NCBI GenBank assembly: GCA_963743275.1
Contig: CAVUPB010000006.1
Span: forward strand, 403,657 to 435,656
Source: an uncultured Actinomycetes bacterium
GTDB taxonomy: Bacteria > Actinomycetota > Thermoleophilia > Gaiellales > JALYLC01
DNA length: 32,000 bases
Direction: 5' to 3'
Below are positions 20,285-27,713 of the stretch, piece after piece; the first letter of the stretch is position 1; every line of letters starts with the position of its first letter. The translations under genes were made by a program, and so were the position numbers. Below the pieces are notes generated by a model. The model saw only the letters and a program-made list of their open reading frames with translations. It had not been told where the DNA came from and searched no databases.

Positions 20285-22705
20285 CTAGACGTCGAGGAAC
20301 TTGACGTCGCGGGCGTGCTGCTGGATGAAGTCGCGCCGCGGCTCGACGTCGTCGCCCATGAGGCGGACGAACAGCGCGTCGGCGGCCTGCCCGTCCTCGA
20401 TCGTGACGCGGCGCAGCATGCGCGTCGCGGGATCCATGGTCGTCTCGCGCAACTGGTCGGCGTTCATCTCGCCGAGGCCCTTGAAGCGCTGGAGCGCAAG
20501 CCCCTCCTTGGCGACGTCGAGGATCGCCGTGCGCAGCTGCTCGAACGTGTGCGACTCGCGCGACTTCTTGCCGAGCGTGACCGTGTAGGGCGGGTGGCCG
20601 GCGAGCTCGCGCAGCCGCAGGTGGGCCTTGCGCAGGCCGTCGTAGGCGCGTGAGGTGAAGAGATTCTGCGGCAGCGGCACCGTCTCGACGGCACCCGTGC
20701 GCTTCTCGGTCACCTTGAGCAGCAGCGAGGGGTCGTCGGAGTCGTCGTGGCGTGCCACGACCTCGACGGAATCGGGCTCGTCGTCGGGCACGCCGGTGCG
20801 GAAGTAGCTCTCGAGCTCGTCGAGCGTCGCCGCCGGCTCCTCGATCAGCCGGTGGTCCTTGACGTAGTCGACCGCCGGCGCGCCGAACTCGGAGCGCAGG
20901 CGCGCGGCCCAGCCCTCGTACTCGCGCAGCGCCGAGAGGAAGCGCTGGTAGCGCACCTCGGTGAAGCGCGGCGACTCGCCGTAGCGATCGGCCACCTCGA
21001 TGTCGCCGAGCCGCTCGCGCAGCAGGATCCGCTCGAGCTCGGCGTCGTTCTGGAGGTAGAGCGCCTCGCGCCGGCCGAACTTGAGCCGGTAGAGCGGCGG
21101 CTGCGCGATGTAGACGTGGCCCGCCTCGATCATCGGCAGCATGTGCCGGAAGAAGAACGTCAGGATCAGCGTGCGGATGTGCGCGCCGTCGACGTCGGCG
21201 TCGGTCATCGCCACGATCTTGTGGTAGCGCAGGCCCTCGAGGTTGAACTCCTCGCCGATGCCCGTGTTGATCGTCGTGATCATGGCCTGGATCTCGACGT
21301 TCGAGAGGATCTTGTTGATCCGCGCCTTCTCGACGTTGAGGATCTTGCCGCGCAGCGGCAGGATGGCCTGGAACTCGCGGTCGCGGGCATCGCCGGCGGT
21401 GCCGCCGGCGCTGTTGCCCTCGACCAGGAAGAGCTCGCACTGCGCCGGGTCGTTGTTGGAGCAGTCCTTGAGCTTGCCCGGCAGGCGCGAGTTCTCGAGC
21501 GCGGTCTTGCGCCGCACGAGGTCGCGCGCCTTGCGCGCGGCCTGGCGGGCGCGCGCCGCCTGCAGCGCCTTGTTGATGATCGCGCGGGCCTCGGCCGGGT
21601 GCTCCTCGAACCACTCCGCGAGCGCGGCGTTCGTCGTCGTCTCGACGAGGCTGCGCATCGGCGAGTTGCCGAGCTTCGTCTTCGTCTGGCCCTCGAACTG
21701 CGGGTCCTGGAGCTTGACCGAGATGATCGCGACGAGGCCCTCGTGCGCGTCGTCCTGGCCGAGCGGCTCGTCCTTCTCCTTGATCAGGCCGGTCGAGCGC
21801 GCATAGGCGTTGACGGTGCGGGTCAGCGCCGAGCGGAAGCCCGTCAGGTGCGTGCCGCCCTCGTGCGTGTTGATGTTGTTCGCGAACGAGTGCACCGAGG
21901 CCTGGTAGCTGTCGTTCCACTGCATCGCGACCTCGACGACGCCGTCCTCGGTCTCGCGCTCGAACGCGATCTGCGTCTTGTGCGTCGGCGTGCGGTTCTT
22001 GTTGATGTGCCGCACGTAGTCGGCGAGGCCGTTCTCGGCGTAGAACTCGACGATGCGGTCCTCCGTGCGGTGGTCGATCAGCGTCAGCCGCAGGCCGCGC
22101 GTCAGGAACGCCATCTCGCGCTCGCGCGTCTCGAGCACCTCGAAGTCGACCTCGGTCGTCTCGAAGATGTCGGCGTCGGGCTTGAACGTCACCGTCGTCC
22201 CGAGCTCGGTCGTCGGCTCGCCCTTGACGAGCTCGGTCGTCGGCTCGCCGCGCGCGAAGCTCTGCGTCCACGTGAAGCCGTCGCGCCGCACCTCGACGGT
22301 CAGCCACTCCGAGAGAGCGTTGACGACCGACACGCCGACGCCATGCAGGCCGCCGGAGACCTTGTAGCCGCCGCCGCCGAACTTGCCGCCGGCGTGCAGC
22401 ATCGTGAGCACGACCTGGACCGAGCTCATGTCGTACTTCTCGTTGCGCTCGACCGGGATGCCGCGGCCGTTGTCGCGCACGCTGATCGAGCCGTCGGGCA
22501 GGAGGGTCGTCGTGATCTGGTCGCAGTACCCGGCGAGCGCCTCGTCGACGCTGTTGTCGAGCACCTCGTAGACGAGATGGTGGAGGCCGCGCTGGCTCGT
22601 CGCCCCGATGTACATACCGGGGCGCTTGCGCACCGCCTCGAGGCCCTCGAGCACCGTGATCTCGTCTGCGCCGTACTCGTGATCTTCGTGCTCGAAATCC
22701 GACAA
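20285..22705 (-). CDS. gyrB: DNA gyrase subunit B (long form with Toprim-domain insertion)
   Basis: ORF track, 806 aa. LEGLEAVRKRPGMYIG, the GHKL ATPase, Toprim (ELFLVEGNSAGG, DADVDGAHI), PPLY and KGLGEMN are present. The start is TTG. Confidence 0.95.
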   Translation of the reverse strand: MSDFEHEDHEYGADEITVLEGLEAVRKRPGMYIGATSQRGLHHLVYEVLDNSVDEALAGYCDQITTTLLPDGSISVRDNGRGIPVERNEKYDMSSVQVVLTMLHAGGKFGGGGYKVSGGLHGVGVSVVNALSEWLTVEVRRDGFTWTQSFARGEPTTELVKGEPTTELGTTVTFKPDADIFETTEVDFEVLETREREMAFLTRGLRLTLIDHRTEDRIVEFYAENGLADYVRHINKNRTPTHKTQIAFERETEDGVVEVAMQWNDSYQASVHSFANNINTHEGGTHLTGFRSALTRTVNAYARSTGLIKEKDEPLGQDDAHEGLVAIISVKLQDPQFEGQTKTKLGNSPMRSLVETTTNAALAEWFEEHPAEARAIINKALQAARARQAARKARDLVRRKTALENSRLPGKLKDCSNNDPAQCELFLVEGNSAGGTAGDARDREFQAILPLRGKILNVEKARINKILSNVEIQAMITTINTGIGEEFNLEGLRYHKIVAMTDADVDGAHIRTLILTFFFRHMLPMIEAGHVYIAQPPLYRLKFGRREALYLQNDAELERILLRERLGDIEVADRYGESPRFTEVRYQRFLSALREYEGWAARLRSEFGAPAVDYVKDHRLIEEPAATLDELESYFRTGVPDDEPDSVEVVARHDDSDDPSLLLKVTEKRTGAVETVPLPQNLFTSRAYDGLRKAHLRLRELAGHPPYTVTLGKKSRESHTFEQLRTAILDVAKEGLALQRFKGLGEMNADQLRETTMDPATRMLRRVTIEDGQAADALFVRLMGDDVEPRRDFIQQHARDVKFLDV
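22201..22249. repeat. Perfect 22-bp direct repeat with 27-bp period inside gyrB
   Basis: cgagctcggtcgtcggctcgcc occurs at 22201-22222 and 22228-22249. It encodes GEPTTEL twice (RGEPTTELVKGEPTTELGT). Confidence 0.9.
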
Positions 22706-22773
22706 AATACCGTCCAGAAAATTGCGGTTGATGCGGGGAGAACCCGGATGAATACTAGCAATCCGGCCGGTCG

Positions 22774-23076
22774 TCAGCCCCCACTCCGGCCCGGGACGGG
22801 GCCCACGCGGAAGCGCAGCGCGGGCAGCTCGCAGGCCTGCTCGCGCAGGCGCGCGAGCAGGTCCGGCGCGCGCATCGTGAGGTCGCCCGCCAGCACGCCG
22901 CTGGAGCAGTTCAGGATCAGCCCGCCGTCGCGTGCGAAGCGCGCCGGCCAGGCCTCGTCGGCGAGCGGGCCGGCGGCGGCCCGCCAGGCCGCGCAGACCG
23001 CCGCCAGGCGGGCATCCGGGGCCGATCCGCCGAGTGCGCGGCCGAGGATCGAGCCGATGTCCTCGAGACCGCTCAC
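22774..23076 (-). CDS. DUF721 domain protein (recF-gyrB spacer gene)
   Basis: ORF track, 100 aa. The position between recF and gyrB and its size match the conserved actinobacterial DUF721 gene. GTG start. Confidence 0.7.
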   Translation of the reverse strand: MSGLEDIGSILGRALGGSAPDARLAAVCAAWRAAAGPLADEAWPARFARDGGLILNCSSGVLAGDLTMRAPDLLARLREQACELPALRFRVGPVPGRSGG

Positions 23077-23083
23077 CCAGGCA

Positions 23084-24166
23084 TCATTCCGGATGCGCCT
23101 CGGCGCCGTCGATCCGGATCACGCGATCGCAGGCATCGCCCAGCTGGTGGGTGTCGGTCGCGGTCACGAGCACCTGGCCGCGCTGCCGCAGGAGCACGAG
23201 CAGGCTCTGGGCGCGCGCGCGGTCGAGCTCGCTCGCGACGTCGTCGAGCAGCAGCAGCGGCCGCACCCCGCGGACTTCGCGCACGAGATCGGCCTCGGCG
23301 GTCAGGAGCGCGAGCACCGCCGAGCGCTGCTCGCCCTGCGAGCCGTAGCTGCGCAGGTCGCGCTCGCCCTGCGCGAACGCGAGCTCGTCGTGGTGCGGGC
23401 CCGTCGACGTGGTGCCGCGCTCGATGTCGCCGGCGCGGCGCGCCTCGAGCTCGGCAAGCTGACCGGCCTCGTCGTCCGGCCCGCGCGCCTCGTAGCGAAG
23501 CTCGACCGGCTCGTCGAGCTCGCCGATCGCCGCAAGGTGGCCGGCGAACGGCTCGCGCAGCGCCGCGACGAGGCGGCCGCGCGCGCGCCGGATCTCGGAT
23601 CCGAGCTGCGCCAGCTGCGCCTCCCACGGCGGCAGCGCATCGTGGGCCCGCGCGCCGGCTCGCAGCCGCCGCAGGAGCTGGTTGCGCTGCTGCAGCGCGC
23701 CCGCATACGCGCTCGCGACCGCGGCGTAGCGCGGCCAGGAGCGTGCGACGGCGCGGTCGAGGTAGCGCCGGCGCAGCGCCGGCGCCCCCTTCATCACCGC
23801 CAGGCGCTCGGGCGTGAAGACGAGGATCGCCGCGTGCTCGGCGAGCGCTTCGATCGTGGCGCAGGGCGCGCCGTCGACCGTGGCCCGCTTCGGGGTGCCC
23901 GGCTGGAATCCCACCGCCCACTCCGTCGCGGTGCCACGCAGCGAGCCGCGCAGCTCGACGCGCGCCACCTCGGCGCCGATACGGACGACGCGCGCGTCGT
24001 CCGAGGTGCGCGGCGACCAGGCCAGCGCCCCGAAGTGCACCGCCTCGAGCAGGCTCGTCTTGCCTGCGCCGTTGCGTCCGACGATCGCGAGCACTTCGCC
24101 GCCGAGCTCGCAGTCGAGACGGGCGTAGCAGCGGAAGTCCGTGGCACGGACGTGCTCGACGCGCAC
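23084..24166 (-). CDS. recF: DNA replication and repair protein RecF
   Basis: C-terminal 360 aa of track ORF 23084..25294, from the in-frame GTG 24166: VRVEHVRATDFRCY...IVGRNGAGKTSLLEAV (Walker A)...SQGEQRS (signature)...LLLLDDVASELD (Walker B). Confidence 0.92.
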   Translation of the reverse strand: MRVEHVRATDFRCYARLDCELGGEVLAIVGRNGAGKTSLLEAVHFGALAWSPRTSDDARVVRIGAEVARVELRGSLRGTATEWAVGFQPGTPKRATVDGAPCATIEALAEHAAILVFTPERLAVMKGAPALRRRYLDRAVARSWPRYAAVASAYAGALQQRNQLLRRLRAGARAHDALPPWEAQLAQLGSEIRRARGRLVAALREPFAGHLAAIGELDEPVELRYEARGPDDEAGQLAELEARRAGDIERGTTSTGPHHDELAFAQGERDLRSYGSQGEQRSAVLALLTAEADLVREVRGVRPLLLLDDVASELDRARAQSLLVLLRQRGQVLVTATDTHQLGDACDRVIRIDGAEAHPE

Positions 24167-24177
24167 CTCGCTGCGTT

Positions 24178-25287
24178 CTAGGACGCCAGGCGGATCGGCA
24201 TGATCAGGTACCAGTAGTCGTCGGTGCCGCCCGTCAGCAGCCCGGGGCGCAGCGGCGTGATGAGCTTGAGGACGACGGTGTCGCCCGGGATGCTCTCGAC
24301 GCCCTCGCGCAGGAATGCGGGGTTGAAGCCGATCTCGAGCGGCTCGCCGCGGAAGTCGCAGGGCAGCGACTCGCGGCCCTCGCCGACCTCCTGGGTCTGG
24401 GCCGACACGGTCAGCTCGCCGGGTGCGAAGGCGAGCCGCAGCGGCGAGCGCCCGGCCAGCACCTCGACGCGGGCGATCACGTCGGCGAACTCGGCACGCG
24501 GCAGCGAGACCTCGTGCTCGAACGTCTCGGGCAGCAGGCGCCGGAACTCGGGGAACTGGCCCTCGATGCGGCGAGCGCCGAGCCAGACGTCGGCCGTGCC
24601 GAAGAGCACCTGGTTCTCCTCGACGACGATCTCGAGCCCCTCGCCGCCGAGCGCGGACGAGATGCGCACGAGGTCGGCGAGCGCGCGCGCCGGCACGATC
24701 GCGGTCAGCTGCTCGGGCGGCCCGCCCTCGAGCTTCGTCGTGCGCACCGCCATGCGGTACGAGTCGGTCGCGGCCATCGTCAGCACGCCGTCGGCGAACT
24801 CCACCAGGACGCCGGTGAGCACCGGGCGCGAGTCGTCGCGCGAAGCGGCGCGCAGAACGCGCTCGGCGGCCTGCAGGAACGTGGCGGGGTCGACGCCGAA
24901 GGTGCGGCCGTGGTCGATCTCGGGGAGGCGCGGGAAGTCGTCCGCGTCGTAGGTGTGGAGCGAGTAGCGGCTGGCGCCGCATTCGAGCGTGAGCAGGCCG
25001 GGGCCCTCGCCCGACGCGAGCACGACCTGCTGGGCCGGCAGGTGCCGCACGATGTCGAGCAGCAGGCGGCCGGGCACGACCACGCGACCCGGCTCGTGCA
25101 CGTCGGCGAGGAGCTTGCCGCGCACCGACAGCTCCATGTCGGTCGCCGCGAGCTCGACCGGCGCCTCGGCCGAGGATGCATCGATGAGCACGCCCGAGAG
25201 GATCTGCACGCTCGAGCGCTGCGACACGCCGCGGGCCACCACCTGGAGCTGCTTGAGAAGGTCGTCCTTGGGGCAGGAGATACGCAC
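24178..25287 (-). CDS. dnaN: DNA polymerase III subunit beta (sliding clamp)
   Basis: ORF track, 369 aa. MRISCPKDDLLKQLQVVARGV..., three-domain clamp length and the position after dnaA fit DnaN. GTG start with an in-frame TAG five codons upstream. Confidence 0.95.
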   Translation of the reverse strand: MRISCPKDDLLKQLQVVARGVSQRSSVQILSGVLIDASSAEAPVELAATDMELSVRGKLLADVHEPGRVVVPGRLLLDIVRHLPAQQVVLASGEGPGLLTLECGASRYSLHTYDADDFPRLPEIDHGRTFGVDPATFLQAAERVLRAASRDDSRPVLTGVLVEFADGVLTMAATDSYRMAVRTTKLEGGPPEQLTAIVPARALADLVRISSALGGEGLEIVVEENQVLFGTADVWLGARRIEGQFPEFRRLLPETFEHEVSLPRAEFADVIARVEVLAGRSPLRLAFAPGELTVSAQTQEVGEGRESLPCDFRGEPLEIGFNPAFLREGVESIPGDTVVLKLITPLRPGLLTGGTDDYWYLIMPIRLAS

Positions 25288-25296
25288 AGCGCAAGG

Positions 25297-25302
25297 AGTC
25301 TA
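25297..25302 (-). promoter_or_regulatory. Possible -10 hexamer TAGACT at -15 to -10 of the dnaN GTG
   Basis: The - strand reads cTAGACTccttgcgctGTG. There is no SD, so this would give a 2-4 nt leader. Confidence 0.3.
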
Positions 25303-25360
25303 GATGGTTCGGCGGCGCCCACCGCGCCGATGCCCGGAGGGCGTCCGGGCGCGGTTGTCC

Positions 25361-25384
25361 TGTTCTTGAGAGAAAGAAAACCAG
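25361..25384. promoter_or_regulatory. AT-rich tract, candidate DNA-unwinding element
   Basis: tgttcttgagagaaagaaaaccag: 15 of 24 positions are A/T, within otherwise very GC-rich DNA. It lies about 75 nt upstream of the dnaN start. Confidence 0.4.
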
Positions 25385-25397
25385 TAGACCCTAGTAG
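25385..25397 (+). promoter_or_regulatory. TAG triplets (possible DnaA-trios)
   Basis: TAG at 25385-87 and an in-phase TAGTAG at 25392-97. These are separated by CGC from the adjacent DnaA-box-like 9-mers. Only two triplets are in phase. Confidence 0.3.
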
Positions 25398-25400
25398 CGC

Positions 25401-25418
25401 TGTGGAGCGTGTGGGACC
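25401..25418 (-). promoter_or_regulatory. Two abutting DnaA-box-like 9-mers
   Basis: TGTGGAGCG and TGTGGGACC on the + strand, which read CGCTCCACA and GGTCCCACA on the - strand. They match the high-GC consensus TTGTCCACA at 6/9 and 5/9 positions. Confidence 0.35.
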
Positions 25419-25459
25419 ACCGGAGAACCACCTGCTCAGCGCCGAATCGGAGCGTGTAT

Positions 25460-25485
25460 GGACCGGGGACGCGCATCCCCGGTCC
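25460..25485. repeat. Inverted repeat: perfect 10-bp stem with a 6-nt loop; one arm recurs as a direct repeat
   Basis: GGACCGGGGA-cgcgca-TCCCCGGTCC. The 10-mer GACCGGGGAC occurs again at 25522-25531. Confidence 0.65.
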
Positions 25486-25542
25486 CCCAGATGTCGGGGC
25501 AGGGCGGACGGGAGCGAAGACGACCGGGGACTGCGGCGGCGG

Positions 25543-25551
25543 TTGTGCACA
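25543..25551. promoter_or_regulatory. DnaA-box-like 9-mer TTGTGCACA
   Basis: One mismatch to TTGTCCACA. The core TGTGCACA is palindromic. Confidence 0.35.
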
Positions 25552-25647
25552 CGGCATACAGACCCTCTCCCGCGCGAGAGCGGCGAATTGCACACCACGA
25601 AATGCGGTAACCGCGCAGCGGGTCGACGAGCACCGGGTGCGCACGAG

Positions 25648-25700
25648 GGTCCGACCGATCCCCGGCGAGGCGACTGCAAGCGCGCGACGGCGGTCGGACC
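25648..25700. repeat. Inverted repeat: perfect 10-bp stem with a 33-nt loop
   Basis: GGTCCGACCG (25648-57) and CGGTCGGACC (25691-25700). Confidence 0.65.
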
Positions 25701-25723
25701 ACCGCAACGGATGACGCGCCGCG

Positions 25724-25782
25724 GGGGCAGACCCGTGAGCACGGCCGAAGCCCGGCACCCAGGCCGCCAGGGGTCTGACCCC
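25724..25782. repeat. Inverted repeat: 11-bp stem with a 1-nt bulge and a 36-nt loop
   Basis: GGGGCAGACCC (25724-34) pairs with GGGTCTG-A-CCCC (25771-82). Confidence 0.6.
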
Positions 25783-25842
25783 TGCGCCCCGGACCGAAGC
25801 GCCGCCAAGGAGGGGCAACGCAGCAGGTGGCGTGGAATGCCG

Positions 25843-25868
25843 CCGGCGCCGCCCGCCCCAGGCGCCGG
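25843..25868 (-). terminator. GC-only hairpin immediately after the dnaA stop (terminator-like, no U-tract)
   Basis: CCGGCGCC (25843-50) and GGCGCCGG (25861-68) are perfect complements around a 10-nt loop. The hairpin starts at the base after the dnaA stop codon. Confidence 0.35.
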
Positions 25869-27248
25869 TCAGCCGTGGCGCTTGATGCGGCGGATCAGGT
25901 CGTCGACCTGGTCGTATTCGCGACGGTCGTGGTGCAGCCGGCGCGAGATCTTCTGCACGGCGTAGAGCACGGTCGTGTGGTCGCGTCCGCCGAACTCGCG
26001 CCCGATCGCCGGCAGCGTCGCGTCGGTGAGCTCGCGGCAGAGGTACATCGCGAGCTGGCGCGGCGCCACGATCGCCTGCGAGCGCTTGGGCGACTCGAGC
26101 TCGGGCACGGGGATGCCGAAGGCCTCGGACACGACCTGCTTGATCGTCGCGACCGAGACCGGGGTGTCGGCATCGGGCAGGTCGCGCAGCGTCTCGCGTA
26201 CGAGCGCCGCGCTCGCCGGCCGGCCCGTGAGCGAGGCGTAGGCGAGTACGCGCGTCAGGGCCCCCTCGAGCTCGCGGATGTTCGTGGGGACGCGCCGGGC
26301 GATCGCGGGGAGCAGCTCGGGATCGTCGATGCGCACGCGGTCGGCGGCGACGCGCTTGTGCAGGATCGCGATGCGCGTCTCGATGTCGGGCGGCTGCACG
26401 TCGACGAGCAGGCCCCACTCGAAGCGCGAGCGCAGGCGATCGGCCAGGTCGGGGATCTCGCGCGGCGCGCGATCCGACGTCAGGACGAGCTGGCGGCCGC
26501 TCGCGTGCAGCGTGTTGAAGGTGTGGAAGAACTCCTCCTGGATGCCGTCCTTGCCGGCCAGGAAGTGGATGTCGTCGATCAGCAGGACGTCGAACTCCTC
26601 GCGGTAGCGCCGCTTGAAGGCGTCCATGCTCTTGTCCTTGATGGCCGCGATGAACTCGTTCGTGAACGCCTCGCAGGTGACGTAGCGAGCGCGCATGCCG
26701 GGCGCGTGCATCAGCACGTAGTGCGCGACCGCCTGCAGGAGGTGCGTCTTGCCGAGACCGGTGTCGCCGTAGATGACGAGCGGGTTGTAGGCCTGCCCGG
26801 GCGCCTCGGCGACGGCCAGGGCCGCGGCGTGCGCGAAGCGGTTTGAGCTGCCGATCACGAATGACCCGAAGGTGTACTTCGAGCGCAGCGGCTCGGCGAT
26901 CTCGGCCCGGCGCGCGCGCTTGCCGGAGCGGCTCCTGGCGGGCGCGGGGTCGTGCTCCTCCGCGGCGGCGGCGGGAGCCGCCGCCTCGCCCTCGCTGACG
27001 AGGAAGCGCACCTCGACGCCGGGATCGGCGGCGGTCGCGGCGCGCCGCACCAGCTCGGCGAAATGGCCCTCGATCCAGGCCCGGGTGAACTCGTTCGGGA
27101 CGCCGACCTCGAGCACGCCGCCGTCGAGTGCGAGCGCCCGCGTGGTCGAGAACCACGCGCCGAAGACCATCGGCGAGAGGTCGTCGCGGATGCGATCGGC
27201 AACTGCGGTCCAGAGCAGGTCGGGTGTGGAGGAATCGTCTACGGGCAT
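25869..27248 (-). CDS. dnaA: Chromosomal replication initiator protein DnaA
   Basis: ORF track, 459 aa. AAA+ motifs are present: [27 protein letters not shown] and the sensor/box VII regions. The domain IV HTH is present ([16 protein letters not shown]). Confidence 0.97.
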   Translation of the reverse strand: MPVDDSSTPDLLWTAVADRIRDDLSPMVFGAWFSTTRALALDGGVLEVGVPNEFTRAWIEGHFAELVRRAATAADPGVEVRFLVSEGEAAAPAAAAEEHDPAPARSRSGKRARRAEIAEPLRSKYTFGSFVIGSSNRFAHAAALAVAEAPGQAYNPLVIYGDTGLGKTHLLQAVAHYVLMHAPGMRARYVTCEAFTNEFIAAIKDKSMDAFKRRYREEFDVLLIDDIHFLAGKDGIQEEFFHTFNTLHASGRQLVLTSDRAPREIPDLADRLRSRFEWGLLVDVQPPDIETRIAILHKRVAADRVRIDDPELLPAIARRVPTNIRELEGALTRVLAYASLTGRPASAALVRETLRDLPDADTPVSVATIKQVVSEAFGIPVPELESPKRSQAIVAPRQLAMYLCRELTDATLPAIGREFGGRDHTTVLYAVQKISRRLHHDRREYDQVDDLIRRIKRHG

Positions 27249-27387
27249 AGCAACGCTCGTCCGCGGCGCAAAGGGGTCTGGATCGGCGCCGCCCGGACGG
27301 GGCGAGGGGAGCGGATGCTAGCGCGTCGGACGCTGCGCGACCGCGTGCGGCGGCAGCGAAAACACGCTCGTAGCGGACACTCCTGAG

Positions 27388-27408
27388 ATTTCCACAGCGG
27401 CTTCCACA
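27388..27408 (+). promoter_or_regulatory. Two DnaA-box-like repeats (ATTTCCACA, GCTTCCACA), 12 bp apart
   Basis: gATTTCCACAgcgGCTTCCACAgg. The repeats share the TTCCACAG core and match TTGTCCACA at 7/9 and 6/9 positions. They lie upstream of dnaA. Confidence 0.45.
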
Positions 27409-27430
27409 GGCGCCGCCGCCGCCGGGAGCC

Positions 27431-27461
27431 CCGCGATCCCGCCCCCCGAGCGGGATTGCGG
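27431..27461. repeat. Inverted repeat: 12-bp stem (one G-T pair) with a 7-nt loop, between the DnaA-box-like motifs
   Basis: CCGCGATCCCGC-cccccga-GCGGGATTGCGG. Confidence 0.55.
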
Positions 27462-27488
27462 CGCAGCCTCGGCGAGCGGTGCCGGCCG

Positions 27489-27497
27489 TTGTCCACA
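27489..27497 (+). promoter_or_regulatory. Perfect DnaA box TTGTCCACA
   Basis: Exact match to the actinobacterial-type DnaA box consensus, in the rpmH-dnaA intergenic region. It is flanked by GCCGGC on each side (gccggccgTTGTCCACAgccggcc). Confidence 0.7.
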
Positions 27498-27534
27498 GCC
27501 GGCCGTATGCGCGACCTTCCGCCCGCGCGACGGC

Positions 27535-27540
27535 TACACT
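27535..27540 (+). promoter_or_regulatory. Possible rpmH -10 hexamer TACACT
   Basis: A TANNNT 35 nt upstream of GTG 27576. A GACGAG purine-rich stretch lies 7 nt before the start. Confidence 0.3.
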
Positions 27541-27575
27541 GCCCCTTCCCGTCCCGCCGAAACTGACGAGCTCAC

Positions 27576-27710
27576 GTGAAGCGCACCTATCAGCCCAACA
27601 AGCGCAAGCGCGCAAAGAAGCACGGCTTCCGCAAGCGCATGAGTACGCGTGCGGGCCGCGCGATCCTCAAGCGCCGCCGTCTGCGCGGGCGCAAGCGCCT
27701 TTCGGCCTAG
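27576..27710 (+). CDS. rpmH: 50S ribosomal protein L34
   Basis: Own translation from GTG 27576: [44 protein letters not shown]-stop (44 aa). It is too short to appear in the ORF track and has the canonical position upstream of rnpA. Confidence 0.95.
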   Translation: MKRTYQPNKRKRAKKHGFRKRMSTRAGRAILKRRRLRGRKRLSA

Positions 27711-27713
27711 GTC

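Larger units (their letters stand above)
25288..25868. other. dnaA-dnaN intergenic spacer; candidate oriC (or the dnaN-proximal half of a bipartite oriC)
   Basis: Largest non-coding gap in the window (581 nt), in the position where many bacterial origins lie. It contains the only clearly AT-enriched tract in the window, plus DnaA-box-like 9-mers. No protein-like ORF on either strand. Confidence 0.55.

Noticed and set aside
25304-25369. 21-codon sORF (MVRRRPPRRCPEGVRARLSCS) on the + strand, with a strong AAGGAG 5 nt upstream, divergent from dnaN.
   Set aside because: The peptide is Arg/Pro-rich nonsense-like. The ORF runs through the putative DUE. There is no way to support it without conservation or ribosome profiling data.
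25807-26846. AAGGAGG at 25807-13 followed by GTG/ATG codons opening a 339-aa ORF (25827..26846 +).
   Set aside because: The ORF is entirely antisense to dnaA. Its translation lacks motifs. The SD-to-start spacing is poor (14 nt or more).
27559-27584. GAAAC-CUGACGAG string resembling hammerhead ribozyme core elements, and a CACGTG-centred sequence (ctcacgtgaagc) resembling a third parS.
   Set aside because: The GAAA and CUGAnGA elements are directly adjacent, with no room for stems I-III. The parS-like 14-mer has 4 mismatches to GTTTCACGTGAAAC and simply spans the rpmH GTG start.
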